Shown here: piece after piece, positions 7,946-19,204 of the stretch
How the letters are laid out: every line of letters begins with the position of its first letter
Numbering within the stretch: the stretch's first letter is position 1
From: Escherichia coli
GTDB lineage: Bacteria; Pseudomonadota; Gammaproteobacteria; Enterobacterales; Enterobacteriaceae
Assembly: GCF_003334335.1 (NCBI RefSeq)
Contig: NZ_QOWQ01000041.1
Reading direction: 5' to 3' (one strand)
Length of the DNA stretch: 39,438 bases
Notes under the pieces: model-generated
Seen by the model: only the letters and a program-made list of their open reading frames with translations
Told to the model about the DNA's origin: nothing
Databases searched by the model: none
Position numbers and translations under genes: made by a program

Positions 7946-9541
7946 TTACCCTCGTGCCGCCAGTGCGGTGACTCTGTCGTAAGCGGAACCACTGCGCAGT
8001 ACCTCAAGAACGGTTTGCGCATTGGCTTGCAGATCTTCATGGCCATGCAGGCGCATTAACATGGCGACGTTCGCAGCGACGGCTGCTTCATGGGCGGCGT
8101 CGCCTTTACCTTGTAACAAACGTGTTAAAATGTCACGGTTTTCTTCCGGTGTTCCGCCTGCCAGTTGCTCCTGGTGGTAGGGTGTCAGGCCAAAGTCTTC
8201 TGCGGTGAGCTGATAGCTTTTAATTTCGCCGTCATGCAGTTCGGCAACGATTGTCGGCGCGTGTAATGAAACTTCATCCATCCCGCCGCTGTGCACCACC
8301 GCCGCGCGTTGATACCCCAGCACGCGCAAGGTTTCGGCAATCGGCAGCACCAGTTCCGGACTATAAACACCAATTAACGCCAGCGGCGGATGCGCCGGGT
8401 TAATCAATGGCCCCAGCACATTGAACAGGGTGCGGGTTTTCAGTTGCTGGCGAACCGGCATCGCGTGGCGGAATCCGGTGTGATACTTCGGCGCAAAGAG
8501 GAAACATACACCTAACTCATCCAGCGCCTGGCGCGATTTATCGGCGTTCATATCAAGATTAATACCGAACGCCGCCAGCAGATCGGACGAACCAGATTTA
8601 CTGGAGACGCTACGGTTGCCGTGTTTCGCCACTTTCAGCCCACAGGCCGCGGCGACAAACGCACTGGCGGTAGAAATATTGATACTGTTGCTGCCGTCAC
8701 CGCCAGTACCGACGATATCAGCAAACAGATAATCCGGGCGCGGGAACGGCGCTGCGTTTTCCAGTAGCGCGGTTGCTGCCCCGGCGATCTCGTTCGGGTG
8801 CTCACCGCGAATTTTCATGCTCACCAGCGCCGCCGCCAGTTGTTCCGGCTTCAGCTCGCCACGCACCACCGCTGAAAACAGCTGGTGGCTTTCTTGTTGG
8901 CTAAGCGTCTGCGCCTGATACAGTTTTTCCAGAATCGGTTGCAGCGTGTTGGCTGGCTCTAGTTTCTGCTGCGCCCAGGCTAGCGTTTGTTCCAGCAGGC
9001 GAGCGCCCTGGGTGGTGAGAATGGATTCCGGATGGAACTGGAATCCACAAACGCGATCCGCATCGTGACGTACTGCCATCACCATGCCATTAAAATGGGC
9101 GTTGATGGTTAAACCGGCCGGAATGTTACTGCCAACCAGCGAGTGATAACGCGCCACCGGCAGCGGGTTTGTTAATCCGGCAAACATCGCCTGACCGTCA
9201 TGTTCAATGCTGGAGGCTTTACCGTGGAGAATTTCGCCCGCCTGACCGACATAGCCCCCGTAAGCTTCGACAATCGCCTGATGTCCGAGGCAAATGCCAA
9301 TAATGGGCAGCTTGCCACGCAAGCGGGTGAGGAGTTCCGGCATACAACCGGCTTCGCTCGGCACACCGGGGCCAGGAGAAAGCATCAGCACCGGATTGCT
9401 CATGGTCGCCAGGCGTTCAATTAAGGTTTGCGCCGGAATATGGTTGCGGTAAATCACCACGTTATGCCCATTGCTGCGCAACTGATCTGCCAGGTTGTAC
9501 GTAAAAGAGTCGATATTATCGAGCAGCAGAATGTCAGCCAT
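7946..9541 (-). CDS. trpD: Bifunctional anthranilate synthase component II / anthranilate phosphoribosyltransferase
   Basis: 531 aa, [22 protein letters not shown]...; glutamine amidotransferase N-terminal domain plus PRT C-terminal domain. Confidence 0.96.
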   Translation of the reverse strand: MADILLLDNIDSFTYNLADQLRSNGHNVVIYRNHIPAQTLIERLATMSNPVLMLSPGPGVPSEAGCMPELLTRLRGKLPIIGICLGHQAIVEAYGGYVGQAGEILHGKASSIEHDGQAMFAGLTNPLPVARYHSLVGSNIPAGLTINAHFNGMVMAVRHDADRVCGFQFHPESILTTQGARLLEQTLAWAQQKLEPANTLQPILEKLYQAQTLSQQESHQLFSAVVRGELKPEQLAAALVSMKIRGEHPNEIAGAATALLENAAPFPRPDYLFADIVGTGGDGSNSINISTASAFVAAACGLKVAKHGNRSVSSKSGSSDLLAAFGINLDMNADKSRQALDELGVCFLFAPKYHTGFRHAMPVRQQLKTRTLFNVLGPLINPAHPPLALIGVYSPELVLPIAETLRVLGYQRAAVVHSGGMDEVSLHAPTIVAELHDGEIKSYQLTAEDFGLTPYHQEQLAGGTPEENRDILTRLLQGKGDAAHEAAVAANVAMLMRLHGHEDLQANAQTVLEVLRSGSAYDRVTALAARG

Positions 9542-11103
9542 CAGAAAGTCTCCTGTGCATGATGCGCGGTGGCAATAGCGCGCAGTACAGCGCGGGCTTT
9601 GTTACGGGTTTCGTCGGCTTCCGACTGCGGAACAGAATCAAGGACTACACCAGCACCCGCTTGCACGGTGGCGATACCGTTTTCCACCAGCGCCGAGCGG
9701 ATCACAATGCAGGTGTCGAGATCGCCATGCGCGGTGAAATAACCTACCGCGCCGCCGTAGCTGCCGCGGCGACGACCTTCCGCCTCGGCAATTAACTGCA
9801 TAGCGCGTACTTTCGGCGCACCGCTTAACGTCCCCATATTCATACAGGCGCGATAAGCGTGCAGGGCGTCAAGATCGTGACGCAGTTCGCCGACTACGCG
9901 AGAGACGAGGTGCATCACATAGGAATAACGGTCAACTTTGGTGAGATCGGCGACGTAGCGGCTGCCGGGGGTGCAAATGCGTGCCAGATCATTACGGGCG
10001 AGATCAACCAGCATCAGATGTTCAGACAGCTCTTTATGATCGGTACGCATTTCCAGTTCAATACGGCTGTCGAGATCTCTGTCCAGTGAACCATCGGCGC
10101 GACGACCGCGTGGGCGTGTTCCGGCAATCGGGTAGATCTCAATCTGGCGGCTGGTGGCATCATACTTGAGCGAGCTTTCCGGCGACGCGCCAAATAGGGT
10201 GAAATCATTATCCTGCATAAAAAACATGTACGGGCTGGGATTACTCTTTTTCAGCACGTAATAGGCCGCCAGCGGTGACGGGCAGGGCAGAGAGAAACGG
10301 CGAGATGGCACCACCTGGAAAATTTCTCCAGCGCGAATCGCTTTTTGCAACAAACGCACTACGCCACCGAACTCTTCATCGCTCTGATTACATTCACAAC
10401 GCATATGCGGCACGGAAACCACTGGCAGCGGCGGCGCGGCTTCGGTCAGTTGCTGACGTAGTTCGTTCAGGCGAGCAGTGAGACGTTGTTTTTCTTCTTC
10501 ATTCGGAGCAAACAGGCTGGCCTGAATACGGGTGCTTTTTTTCTGATGGTCAATCACCATCAGCGTTTCAGCGAGATAAAAACAGAAATCAGGGCAGTTA
10601 TTTTCCGCTGACAGTTGCGGTAAATCTTCAAATCCCGCCACAAGGTCATAAGAGAACAGGCCGCCGAAGAACATGGCTTCTCGTTCTTCCTTCGGTACAT
10701 TCAACAGATTCTGCAATAAACGGAAAGCGTCAAAAACCGAAAGGGAGCATAAGCGGGCGTCTTCATCCAGCAGTGGACTGACAGGGGGGAAGCGCAGCAC
10801 ACGGCAGTTTGGTGATTGTTCACTTTCCACACCCGCAGGCAGGGCGTTATCCAGTAGTGCCAGCAGGGCTTCGCCGTTGCCGGAAAGTGCCTGGATTGTG
10901 ACAGTGTCACCTAAAGCTGTAATGCGCAGCGCACTGTCTACCAGCAGCAGGCTTTTTAAATCATCTTTGCTGTCGATATCTGCGGATTCCAGCAGCAGCG
11001 TTGCCGGACGATCCCCACACAACTGGTGAAAAAGCGCGGTGGGATTGTCGCGATAAGCGCCTTCGCAGGTTAGCAGTTCGAGAGTCGGTTTTTGTGTTTG
11101 CAT
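9541..11103 (-). CDS. trpE: Anthranilate synthase component I
   Basis: 520 aa, [28 protein letters not shown]...; stop overlaps the trpD start. Confidence 0.96.
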   Translation of the reverse strand: MQTQKPTLELLTCEGAYRDNPTALFHQLCGDRPATLLLESADIDSKDDLKSLLLVDSALRITALGDTVTIQALSGNGEALLALLDNALPAGVESEQSPNCRVLRFPPVSPLLDEDARLCSLSVFDAFRLLQNLLNVPKEEREAMFFGGLFSYDLVAGFEDLPQLSAENNCPDFCFYLAETLMVIDHQKKSTRIQASLFAPNEEEKQRLTARLNELRQQLTEAAPPLPVVSVPHMRCECNQSDEEFGGVVRLLQKAIRAGEIFQVVPSRRFSLPCPSPLAAYYVLKKSNPSPYMFFMQDNDFTLFGASPESSLKYDATSRQIEIYPIAGTRPRGRRADGSLDRDLDSRIELEMRTDHKELSEHLMLVDLARNDLARICTPGSRYVADLTKVDRYSYVMHLVSRVVGELRHDLDALHAYRACMNMGTLSGAPKVRAMQLIAEAEGRRRGSYGGAVGYFTAHGDLDTCIVIRSALVENGIATVQAGAGVVLDSVPQSEADETRNKARAVLRAIATAHHAQETF

Positions 11104-11123
11104 TGTTATTCTCTAATTTTGTT

Positions 11124-11153
11124 CAAAAAAAAGCCCGCTCATTAGGCGGGCTG
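11124..11153 (-). terminator. trp attenuator (leader terminator 3:4 hairpin plus U-tract)
   Basis: - strand reads agcccgcctaatgagcgggct followed by TTTTTTTT, between trpL and trpE. Confidence 0.9.
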
Positions 11154-11194
11154 GGTATCTGATTGCTTTACGCATGGTGAATACACTGCCCGTT

Positions 11195-11239
11195 TCAGGA
11201 AGTGCGCCACCAACCTTTCAGTACGAAAATTGCTTTCAT
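11195..11239 (-). CDS. trpL: trp operon leader peptide
   Basis: - strand ATG AAA GCA ATT TTC GTA CTG AAA GGT TGG TGG CGC ACT TCC TGA = [14 protein letters not shown] with tandem Trp codons. Confidence 0.92.
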
Positions 11240-11259
11240 TGTCGATACCCTTTTTACGT

Positions 11260-11305
11260 GAACTTGCGTACTAGTTAACTAGTTCGATGATTAATTGTCA
11301 ACAGC
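11260..11305 (-). promoter_or_regulatory. trp promoter (-35 TTGACA, -10 TTAACT) with TrpR operator palindrome
   Basis: - strand reads TTGACAattaatcatCGAACTAGTTAACTAGTACGcaagttcacgtaaaaagggtatcgacaATG, the classic trp promoter/operator. Confidence 0.9.
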
Positions 11306-11376
11306 TCATTTCAGAATATTTGCCAGAACCGTTATGATGTCGGCGCAAAAAACATTATCCAGAACGGGAGTGCGCC

Positions 11377-12258
11377 TTGAGCGACACGAATTATGCAGTG
11401 ATTTACGACCTGCACAGCCATACCACAGCTTCCGATGGCTGCCTGACGCCAGAAGCATTGGTGCACCGTGCAGTCGAGATGCGCGTCGGCACCCTGGCGA
11501 TCACCGACCATGACACCACAGCTGCAATCGCGCCAGCAAGAGAGGAAATTTCACGTTCGGGACTGGCGTTGAATCTTATTCCCGGCGTGGAAATTTCCAC
11601 GGTCTGGGAAAATCATGAAATTCATATTGTCGGGCTGAATATTGATATTACTCATCCGCTAATGTGTGAGTTCCTCGCGCAGCAGACAGAACGGCGCAAT
11701 CAGCGGGCGCAGCTGATTGCCGAAAGACTTGAAAAAGCGCAAATACCTGGGGCGCTGGAAGGCGCACAACGACTGGCGCAGGGCGGCGCAGTGACGCGCG
11801 GTCATTTTGCGCGTTTCCTTGTTGAGTGCGGCAAAGCCAGTTCAATGGCGGATGTCTTTAAAAAGTATCTGGCGCGCGGGAAAACCGGATACGTTCCGCC
11901 ACAGTGGTGTACAATAGAACAAGCTATTGATGTCATTCATCATTCTGGCGGTAAGGCGGTGCTAGCTCATCCTGGGCGGTACAATCTTAGTGCTAAATGG
12001 CTGAAAAGATTGGTTGCGCATTTTGCCGAACACCACGGTGACGCGATGGAAGTCGCGCAGTGCCAGCAATCGCCCAATGAACGTACCCAGCTGGCGGCCC
12101 TTGCGCGTCAGCATCATTTATGGGCATCACAAGGATCTGATTTTCATCAGCCATGCCCGTGGATCGAACTGGGTCGTAAACTCTGGCTGCCCGCAGGCGT
12201 TGAAGGCGTCTGGCAGCTATGGGAACAGCCGCAGAACACCACAGAGAGGGAATTATGA
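11377..12258 (+). CDS. yciV: PHP-domain 5'-3' exoribonuclease (RNase AM; YciV/TrpH)
   Basis: 293 aa, TTG start after GGGAG; MSDTNYAVIYDLHSHTTASDG... PHP metal-binding motifs. Confidence 0.9.
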   Translation: MSDTNYAVIYDLHSHTTASDGCLTPEALVHRAVEMRVGTLAITDHDTTAAIAPAREEISRSGLALNLIPGVEISTVWENHEIHIVGLNIDITHPLMCEFLAQQTERRNQRAQLIAERLEKAQIPGALEGAQRLAQGGAVTRGHFARFLVECGKASSMADVFKKYLARGKTGYVPPQWCTIEQAIDVIHHSGGKAVLAHPGRYNLSAKWLKRLVAHFAEHHGDAMEVAQCQQSPNERTQLAALARQHHLWASQGSDFHQPCPWIELGRKLWLPAGVEGVWQLWEQPQNTTEREL

Positions 12259-12875
12259 GCCAGTTTTTTTATATTCATCCTGATAACCCACAGCAACGTC
12301 TGATCAACCAGGCGGTGGAGATCGTGCGTAAAGGCGGGGTGATTGTTTATCCAACTGATTCCGGCTATGCGCTCGGCTGTAAAATTGAAGATAAAAACGC
12401 GATGGAGCGTATTTGTCGTATTCGCCAGCTGCCGGACGGTCACAACTTTACCCTGATGTGTCGCGATCTTTCTGAACTCTCGACCTATTCATTTGTTGAT
12501 AACGTTGCGTTTCGTTTAATGAAAAACAACACGCCGGGCAACTATACCTTCATCCTGAAGGGGACGAAGGAAGTGCCACGCCGTCTGTTGCAGGAAAAAC
12601 GCAAAACCATCGGTATGCGTGTGCCTTCTAACCCTATCGCTCAGGCGTTACTTGAAGCATTGGGCGAACCGATGCTTTCCACTTCGCTAATGCTGCCAGG
12701 CAGCGAATTTACCGAATCGGACCCGGAAGAAATTAAAGATCGTCTGGAAAAACAGGTAGATTTGATTATTCACGGCGGCTATCTCGGGCAGAAACCGACA
12801 ACGGTTATTGATCTTACCGATGATACGCCGGTCGTGGTGCGTGAAGGCGTAGGTGATGTGAAGCCTTTCTTATAA
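12255..12875 (+). CDS. yciO: YrdC/Sua5-family protein YciO
   Basis: MSQFFYIHPDNPQQRLINQAVEIVRKGGVIVYPTDSGYALGC...; ATG overlaps the yciV stop (ATGA). Track ORF starts 12 codons too early. Confidence 0.9.
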   Translation: MSQFFYIHPDNPQQRLINQAVEIVRKGGVIVYPTDSGYALGCKIEDKNAMERICRIRQLPDGHNFTLMCRDLSELSTYSFVDNVAFRLMKNNTPGNYTFILKGTKEVPRRLLQEKRKTIGMRVPSNPIAQALLEALGEPMLSTSLMLPGSEFTESDPEEIKDRLEKQVDLIIHGGYLGQKPTTVIDLTDDTPVVVREGVGDVKPFL

Positions 12876-12902
12876 CAAATTGCGTTCCACGGATGGAAGA
12901 CT

Positions 12903-14798
12903 ATGGCAGGGAAGTTTCGCTGCATTTTGCTGTTGATAGCAGGGCTGTTTGTATCATCTCTAAGTTATGCAGAAAACACGGAGATCCCTTCTTATGAAGA
13001 AGGGATCTCGCTCTTTGATGTTGAAGCCACTCTGCAACCAGATGGGGTGCTCGACATCAAAGAAAATATTCATTTTCAGGCGCGAAATCAGCAGATTAAG
13101 CACGGCTTTTATCGTGATTTACCACGACTATGGATGCAGCCTGATGGGGACGCTGCACTGCTGAACTATCATATTGTTGGCGTCACCCGTGATGGTATTC
13201 CTGAACCCTGGCATCTTGACTGGCATATCGGGTTAATGAGTATTGTCGTGGGCGATAAACAACGTTTCTTGCCTCAAGGCGACTATCATTATCAAATTCA
13301 TTATCAGGTTAAAAATGCTTTCCTGCGTGAGGGGGATTCTGATCTGCTAATCTGGAACGTGACCGGTAACCACTGGCCGTTTGAAATTTATAAGACCCGT
13401 TTTTCTCTCCAGTTCTCTAATATTGCGGGTAATCCATTTAGCGAAATCGATCTCTTTACCGGAGAAGAGGGCGACACATATCGTAATGGCCGCATCCTTG
13501 AGGACGGAAGAATTGAATCCCGCGATCCGTTTTATCGTGAAGATTTCACGGTCCTCTACCGCTGGCCTCACGCTTTACTTAGCAATGCCTCGGCTCCGCA
13601 AACGACGAATATTTTCAGCCATCTTCTTTTACCCTCCACGTCATCGTTGTTAATTTGGTTTCCGTGTCTGTTCCTGGTTTGTGGATGGTTATATCTCTGG
13701 AAGCGCAGGCCGCAATTTACGCCGGTAGATGTGATTGAAACCGATGTCATTCCGCCAGATTACACGCCCGGCATGTTACGTCTCGATGCGAAGCTAGTTT
13801 ACGACGATAAAGGTTTTTGTGCCGATATCGTAAATCTGATTGTGAAAGGAAAAATTCATCTGGAAGATCAGTCTGACAAGAACCAGCAAATCCTGATTCG
13901 TGTTAATGAAGGCGCGACCAGAAATAATGCGGTATTACTGCCCGCAGAGCAGTTATTACTGGAAGCGTTATTTCGTAAAGGCGATAAGGTCGTTCTTACG
14001 GGGAGACGCAACAGAGTCTTACGCAGGGCATTTTTACGGATGCAGAAATTTTATCTGCCGCGTAAAAAGTCTTCGTTTTACCGGTCTGATACTTTTTTGC
14101 AATGGGGTGGACTGGCAATATTGGCGGTCATTCTTTACGGTAACTTGAGTCCTGTAGGCTGGGCAGGAATGAGTCTGGTGGGCGATATGTTTATTATGAT
14201 CTGCTGGATTATTCCTTTTTTATTTTGTTCCCTTGAGCTTTTGTTTGCCCGCGATGATGACAAGCCTTGCGTTAATCGTGTAATCATCACTTTGTTTTTA
14301 CCACTGATTTGTTCAGGCGTGGCCTTTTATTCTCTCTACATCAATGTCGGAGATGTATTCTTTTACTGGTATATGCCAGCGGGTTATTTTACCGCTGTTT
14401 GCCTGACCGGTTATCTCACTGGCATGGGGTATATTTTTCTGCCAAAGTTTACCCAAACTGGACAGCAACGTTATGCCCACGGTGAAGCTATCGTTAACTA
14501 TCTTGCGCGTAAAGAGGCAGCAACACACAGTGGACGTCGGCGGAAAGGGGAAACACGGAAACTGGATTACGCGTTGCTAGGTTGGGCTATATCGGCAAAT
14601 TTGGGGAGGGAATGGGCGTTACGCATTGCCCCTTCGCTTTCTTCGGCGATTCGCGCTCCAGAGATTGCCCGTAACGGCGTTTTATTCTCATTACAGACGC
14701 ACCTAAGTTGCGGGGCCAATACCAGTTTGTTGGGGCGAAGTTATTCCGGTGGTGGTGCTGGCGGCGGCGCGGGTGGCGGAGGCGGTGGTGGCTGGTAA
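12903..14798 (+). CDS. yciQ: DUF2207-family inner membrane protein YciQ
   Basis: 631 aa; signal peptide, multiple hydrophobic segments, Gly-rich C-terminal tail. Confidence 0.88.
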   Translation: MAGKFRCILLLIAGLFVSSLSYAENTEIPSYEEGISLFDVEATLQPDGVLDIKENIHFQARNQQIKHGFYRDLPRLWMQPDGDAALLNYHIVGVTRDGIPEPWHLDWHIGLMSIVVGDKQRFLPQGDYHYQIHYQVKNAFLREGDSDLLIWNVTGNHWPFEIYKTRFSLQFSNIAGNPFSEIDLFTGEEGDTYRNGRILEDGRIESRDPFYREDFTVLYRWPHALLSNASAPQTTNIFSHLLLPSTSSLLIWFPCLFLVCGWLYLWKRRPQFTPVDVIETDVIPPDYTPGMLRLDAKLVYDDKGFCADIVNLIVKGKIHLEDQSDKNQQILIRVNEGATRNNAVLLPAEQLLLEALFRKGDKVVLTGRRNRVLRRAFLRMQKFYLPRKKSSFYRSDTFLQWGGLAILAVILYGNLSPVGWAGMSLVGDMFIMICWIIPFLFCSLELLFARDDDKPCVNRVIITLFLPLICSGVAFYSLYINVGDVFFYWYMPAGYFTAVCLTGYLTGMGYIFLPKFTQTGQQRYAHGEAIVNYLARKEAATHSGRRRKGETRKLDYALLGWAISANLGREWALRIAPSLSSAIRAPEIARNGVLFSLQTHLSCGANTSLLGRSYSGGGAGGGAGGGGGGGW

Positions 14799-15008
14799 TT
14801 AAGCTGATGTTAATCGAAACAAGCTTTAACCATAAAGATAGTGTAGTATGTTGCGCCTCAAAGCCAGGCCGATAAACGTCGAGTCGTTTACTTAAGGCCT
14901 GAAGAGTTCAAACAGACTTTACTATCAGTGAGTCAGATGTAAGTTCTGACTCACTGTTGCACAAAAGCATATCAGACGCCTGGGAAGGCGACACCAAAAG
15001 GAAGCTCT

Positions 15009-15884
15009 ATGAGCGAAAAGCTACAGAAAGTGCTGGCGCGTGCCGGCCACGGTTCTCGCCGTGAAATCGAATCTATTATTGAAGCCGGTCGTGTGAGTGT
15101 TGATGGCAAAATTGCTAAACTCGGCGATCGTGTTGAAGTTACCCCTGGATTGAAAATCCGTATCGATGGTCACCTGATTTCGGTACGTGAGTCCGCTGAA
15201 CAAATTTGTCGCGTTCTGGCCTATTACAAACCGGAAGGTGAGTTGTGTACCCGTAACGATCCGGAAGGACGTCCAACGGTGTTTGACCGTCTGCCAAAAC
15301 TGCGTGGCGCACGCTGGATTGCCGTGGGTCGCTTGGACGTTAATACCTGTGGTCTGCTGCTGTTCACCACCGATGGTGAACTGGCAAACCGTTTAATGCA
15401 CCCAAGCCGTGAAGTTGAACGTGAATATGCCGTGCGTGTATTTGGTCAGGTTGACGACGCGAAACTGCGTGATTTGAGTCGTGGCGTGCAGTTGGAAGAT
15501 GGTCCGGCAGCTTTTAAAACCATCAAGTTCAGCGGCGGCGAAGGGATCAACCAGTGGTACAACGTGACTCTGACCGAAGGCCGTAACCGTGAAGTTCGTC
15601 GTCTGTGGGAAGCGGTTGGTGTGCAGGTGAGCCGCCTGATCCGTGTTCGTTACGGTGATATCCCACTGCCAAAAGGTCTGCCACGCGGTGGCTGGACGGA
15701 GCTGGACCTCGCCCAGACTAACTATCTGCGCGAACTGGTGGAGCTACCGCCAGAAACCAGCTCTAAAGTCGCTGTAGAAAAAGACCGTCGTCGCATGAAG
15801 GCGAATCAGATTCGTCGTGCGGTGAAACGTCACAGTCAGGTGAGCGGCGGTCGTCGTTCTGGCGGACGTAATAATAACGGTTAA
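15009..15884 (+). CDS. rluB: 23S rRNA pseudouridine(2605) synthase
   Basis: 291 aa, [24 protein letters not shown]... S4 domain plus pseudouridine synthase core, basic C-terminal tail. Confidence 0.95.
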
Positions 15885-15892
15885 TCAAAGTA

Positions 15893-15919
15893 TGCCGGAC
15901 GTCATATCCGGCATTTTTA
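15893..15919 (+). terminator. rluB intrinsic terminator
   Basis: Stem atgccgga / tccggcat followed by TTTTT. Confidence 0.75.
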
Positions 15920-15923
15920 CAGA

Positions 15924-16514
15924 TTAATAATCGATCCCTATCTGCGCTTTTACACCGGCATCAAACGCATGTTTGACGGGGCGTAATTCACTTACCGTAT
16001 CTGCCAGTTCAAGAATATCCCGATGACAACCACGACCCGTGATAATCACCGTCTGTTGATGTGGACGTTCATTTAACGCCTGCACCACTTCTTCCAGTGG
16101 CAAATAGTCATACGCCACCATATACGTCAGTTCATCAAGCAAAACCATATCCAGTGAGGAATCAGCAAGCATCCGCTTTGCATGTTGCCAGACTTCGCGG
16201 CAGGCGGCGGTATCAGACTCGCGGTTTTGTGTATCCCAGGTAAAGCCCGTTGCCATCACCTGAAACTCAACGCCATGTGGCTCCAGCAGATTGCGTTCGC
16301 CATTAGGCCAGGTGCCTTTAATAAACTGCACGACGCCTACTTTTTTTCCGTGACCAACTGCGCGTGTTGCCGTACCAAATGCCGCGGTGGTTTTGCCTTT
16401 TCCATTGCCGGTAAAGACGATGATAATACCGCGTTCATCCTGGGCCTGGGCCACACGAGCATCTACTTTTTCTTTCACTCGCTGCTGACGCTGTTGGTAG
16501 CGTTCATCACTCAT
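15924..16514 (-). CDS. btuR: Cob(I)yrinic acid a,c-diamide adenosyltransferase
   Basis: 196 aa; P-loop GNGKGKTT; recognised BtuR/CobA. Confidence 0.93.
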   Translation of the reverse strand: MSDERYQQRQQRVKEKVDARVAQAQDERGIIIVFTGNGKGKTTAAFGTATRAVGHGKKVGVVQFIKGTWPNGERNLLEPHGVEFQVMATGFTWDTQNRESDTAACREVWQHAKRMLADSSLDMVLLDELTYMVAYDYLPLEEVVQALNERPHQQTVIITGRGCHRDILELADTVSELRPVKHAFDAGVKAQIGIDY

Positions 16515-17269
16515 TGGGAAATTCCTGGTTTACGGCCCGGTTGGGCGTCAAAGGTCATGCCGGTTTTACGGCGGCTGTCATCGCCCATCAGCCAGAGGTA
16601 GAGCGGCATGATATCAGCGGGTGTTTTAAGTTTCTGTGGATCTTCGGTCGGGAAGGCGCTGGCACGCATTGCGGTGCGCGTACCGCCTGGGTTAATGCAG
16701 TTGACACGCAGGCGCTGCTGATATTCATCGGCCAGTACCTGCATCATCCCTTCGGTGGCAAATTTCGACGCTGCATATGCACCCCAGTTGGCTCGTCCCT
16801 GACGTCCAACGCTTGATGAAGTAAAGACCAGTGAACCGGCGTCCGATTTGAGTAATAAAGGAAGCAGTGCCTGGGTGAGCATAAAGGTGGCATTAACGTT
16901 GACCTGCATGACGTCCTGCCAGACCTGCGGATTTTGTTCGCTCATTGGGCAAACATCGCCGAGCAATCCGGCATTATGCAAAACACCATCCAGACGCGGA
17001 TAATTAACGGCAATGCGCTGTGCCAGTTGTTGGCAATTTTCGGACGTGCAGGTCAGCAAATCGAGAATAAACCACTGTGGCTGACGCCCAGTTTCTTCGT
17101 TTATGTGGCTGGCTACCTGACGTAATTTTTCTTCATTACGGCCCAACAGAATCACTGTCGCACCATAGCGTGCATACGTCATCGCGGCTTCACGACCAAT
17201 ACCATCGCTGGCTCCCGTCACCAGGATAATGCGATCATTGAGTAAATCTTGTTTTGGCTGGTAATGCAT
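16511..17269 (-). CDS. yciK: SDR-family oxidoreductase YciK
   Basis: 252 aa; TGASDGIG Rossmann motif; stop overlaps the btuR start. Confidence 0.92.
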   Translation of the reverse strand: MHYQPKQDLLNDRIILVTGASDGIGREAAMTYARYGATVILLGRNEEKLRQVASHINEETGRQPQWFILDLLTCTSENCQQLAQRIAVNYPRLDGVLHNAGLLGDVCPMSEQNPQVWQDVMQVNVNATFMLTQALLPLLLKSDAGSLVFTSSSVGRQGRANWGAYAASKFATEGMMQVLADEYQQRLRVNCINPGGTRTAMRASAFPTEDPQKLKTPADIMPLYLWLMGDDSRRKTGMTFDAQPGRKPGISQ

Positions 17270-17488
17270 GGCTACTCCTCAACGACGTTGTCTGTCGCGC
17301 TGCCAGTGTACTTTATGACTTTGGGGCTTTATGCCTGAAACAGAAGGGCATTTCAATCAGCCTGGGGCGATAACACCGCAAAATGGATACTTTGTCATAC
17401 TTTCGCTGCAATAACATCTCTGCGAGACGGCTTAACATGCCTGTTGTAAACTGTGAGCCAAAGCGTTGTTTAACCAAGGTGGGGACTC

Positions 17489-18538
17489 GTGGAATTGTTG
17501 TCTGAATATGGTTTGTTTTTGGCGAAAATCGTTACCGTTGTGCTAGCGATTGCGGCGATTGCCGCCATTATTGTCAATGTTGCTCAACGTAATAAACGCC
17601 AGCGTGGCGAGTTACGGGTCAACAATCTCAGCGAACAGTATAAGGAGATGAAAGAAGAACTGGCCGCGGCGCTGATGGACTCACATCAGCAAAAACAGTG
17701 GCACAAAGCGCAGAAGAAAAAGCATAAGCAAGAAGCGAAAGCAGCAAAAGCGAAAGCCAAACTGGGCGAGGTGGCAACTGACAGTAAACCCCGCGTCTGG
17801 GTGCTGGATTTTAAAGGCAGCATGGACGCCCATGAAGTGAACTCGCTACGTGAAGAGATAACGGCTGTACTCGCAGCATTCAAACCGCAGGATCAGGTTG
17901 TGCTCCGTCTGGAAAGCCCTGGTGGCATGGTGCATGGTTACGGGCTGGCGGCTTCGCAACTGCAGCGTCTGCGCGATAAAAACATTCCTTTAACTGTTAC
18001 GGTAGACAAAGTCGCTGCCAGCGGCGGTTACATGATGGCCTGTGTGGCGGACAAAATTGTTTCCGCACCGTTTGCTATTGTGGGTTCCATTGGCGTGGTG
18101 GCGCAAATGCCCAACTTTAACCGCTTCCTGAAAAGCAAAGATATTGATATCGAACTGCACACTGCCGGGCAGTATAAGCGCACGCTGACGTTGCTGGGTG
18201 AAAATACCGAAGAAGGGCGGGAGAAATTCCGCGAAGAGTTGAACGAAACGCATCAGTTGTTTAAAGATTTTGTGAAGCGTATGCGTCCTTCTCTGGATAT
18301 TGAACAGGTGGCAACGGGTGAACACTGGTACGGACAACAGGCGGTAGAGAAAGGCCTGGTTGATGAAATCAACACCAGTGATGAAGTTATTCTTAGCCTG
18401 ATGGAAGGCCGTGAAGTGGTCAATGTACGCTATATGCAGCGTAAACGACTCATTGACCGATTCACCGGCAGCGCGGCAGAGAGCGCCGATCGATTGTTGC
18501 TACGCTGGTGGCAGCGGGGTCAAAAGCCATTGATGTAA
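17489..18538 (+). CDS. sohB: S49-family inner membrane peptidase SohB
   Basis: 349 aa, GTG start after AAGGTGGGGA; MELLSEYGLFLAKIVTVVLA... Confidence 0.93.
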   Translation: MELLSEYGLFLAKIVTVVLAIAAIAAIIVNVAQRNKRQRGELRVNNLSEQYKEMKEELAAALMDSHQQKQWHKAQKKKHKQEAKAAKAKAKLGEVATDSKPRVWVLDFKGSMDAHEVNSLREEITAVLAAFKPQDQVVLRLESPGGMVHGYGLAASQLQRLRDKNIPLTVTVDKVAASGGYMMACVADKIVSAPFAIVGSIGVVAQMPNFNRFLKSKDIDIELHTAGQYKRTLTLLGENTEEGREKFREELNETHQLFKDFVKRMRPSLDIEQVATGEHWYGQQAVEKGLVDEINTSDEVILSLMEGREVVNVRYMQRKRLIDRFTGSAAESADRLLLRWWQRGQKPLM

Positions 18539-18545
18539 AAGACAA

Positions 18546-18567
18546 ACGCGAGGCTAAGACCTCGCGT
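18546..18567. terminator. Bidirectional terminator between sohB and yciN
   Basis: Stem acgcgagg / cctcgcgt; TTTTGCTTT on the + strand, T-rich on the - side too. Confidence 0.75.
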
Positions 18568-18573
18568 TTTGCT

Positions 18574-18825
18574 TTAATCAACCAGATGATATTTTTCTGA
18601 AAGCACATGGGCCAGGTGTTTGAACATATTAAACACCGCGGTGCTTTTGGCTGTTGGCAATCCTTGTTCATCTAAAAAGTAGTCGCCGGTAAATACCAGC
18701 ACGCCATTACGCTGCGTGACGCCGGTGGCTTCAATCCCTGCGAGCGTATCCTCATGCTCACGAATGATTTTGTTGGCCTCTTTCAACAGCGTTTCGCGGT
18801 CGATGGGTTGTGTCTCTTTGTTCAT
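18574..18825 (-). CDS. yciN: DUF2498 protein YciN
   Basis: 83 aa, [27 protein letters not shown]... Confidence 0.9.
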
Positions 18826-19204
18826 TATTTACTCCTTAAACAAGGACATTAGTCTACGCCAGGCATGGCTTGCAGACAAATATACCACGCTGGTGGCAAG
18901 AGCGCCTTACTGGCAACTTTGGATTTTGCATGCTAATAAAGTTGCGTATCGGATTTTATCAGGTACAGTGTGACGCTTTCGTCAATCTGGCAATAGATTT
19001 GCTTGACATTCGACCAAAATTCCGTCGTGCTATAGCGCCTGTAGGCCAAGACCTGTTAACTCAGTCACCTGAATTTTCGTGAACAGAGTCACGACAAGGG
19101 GTTGATATCCGCAGAGAGCGAGTCCATATCGGTAACTCGTTGCCAGTGGAAGGTTTATCAACGTGCGACGCATTCCTGGAAGAATCAAATTAGGTAAGGT
19201 GAAT

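Noticed and set aside
14700-14800. GC-rich GGN repeat flagged as a possible tandem repeat or CRISPR-like element
   Set aside because: It is in frame within yciQ and encodes a Gly-rich tail; no spacer/repeat architecture.
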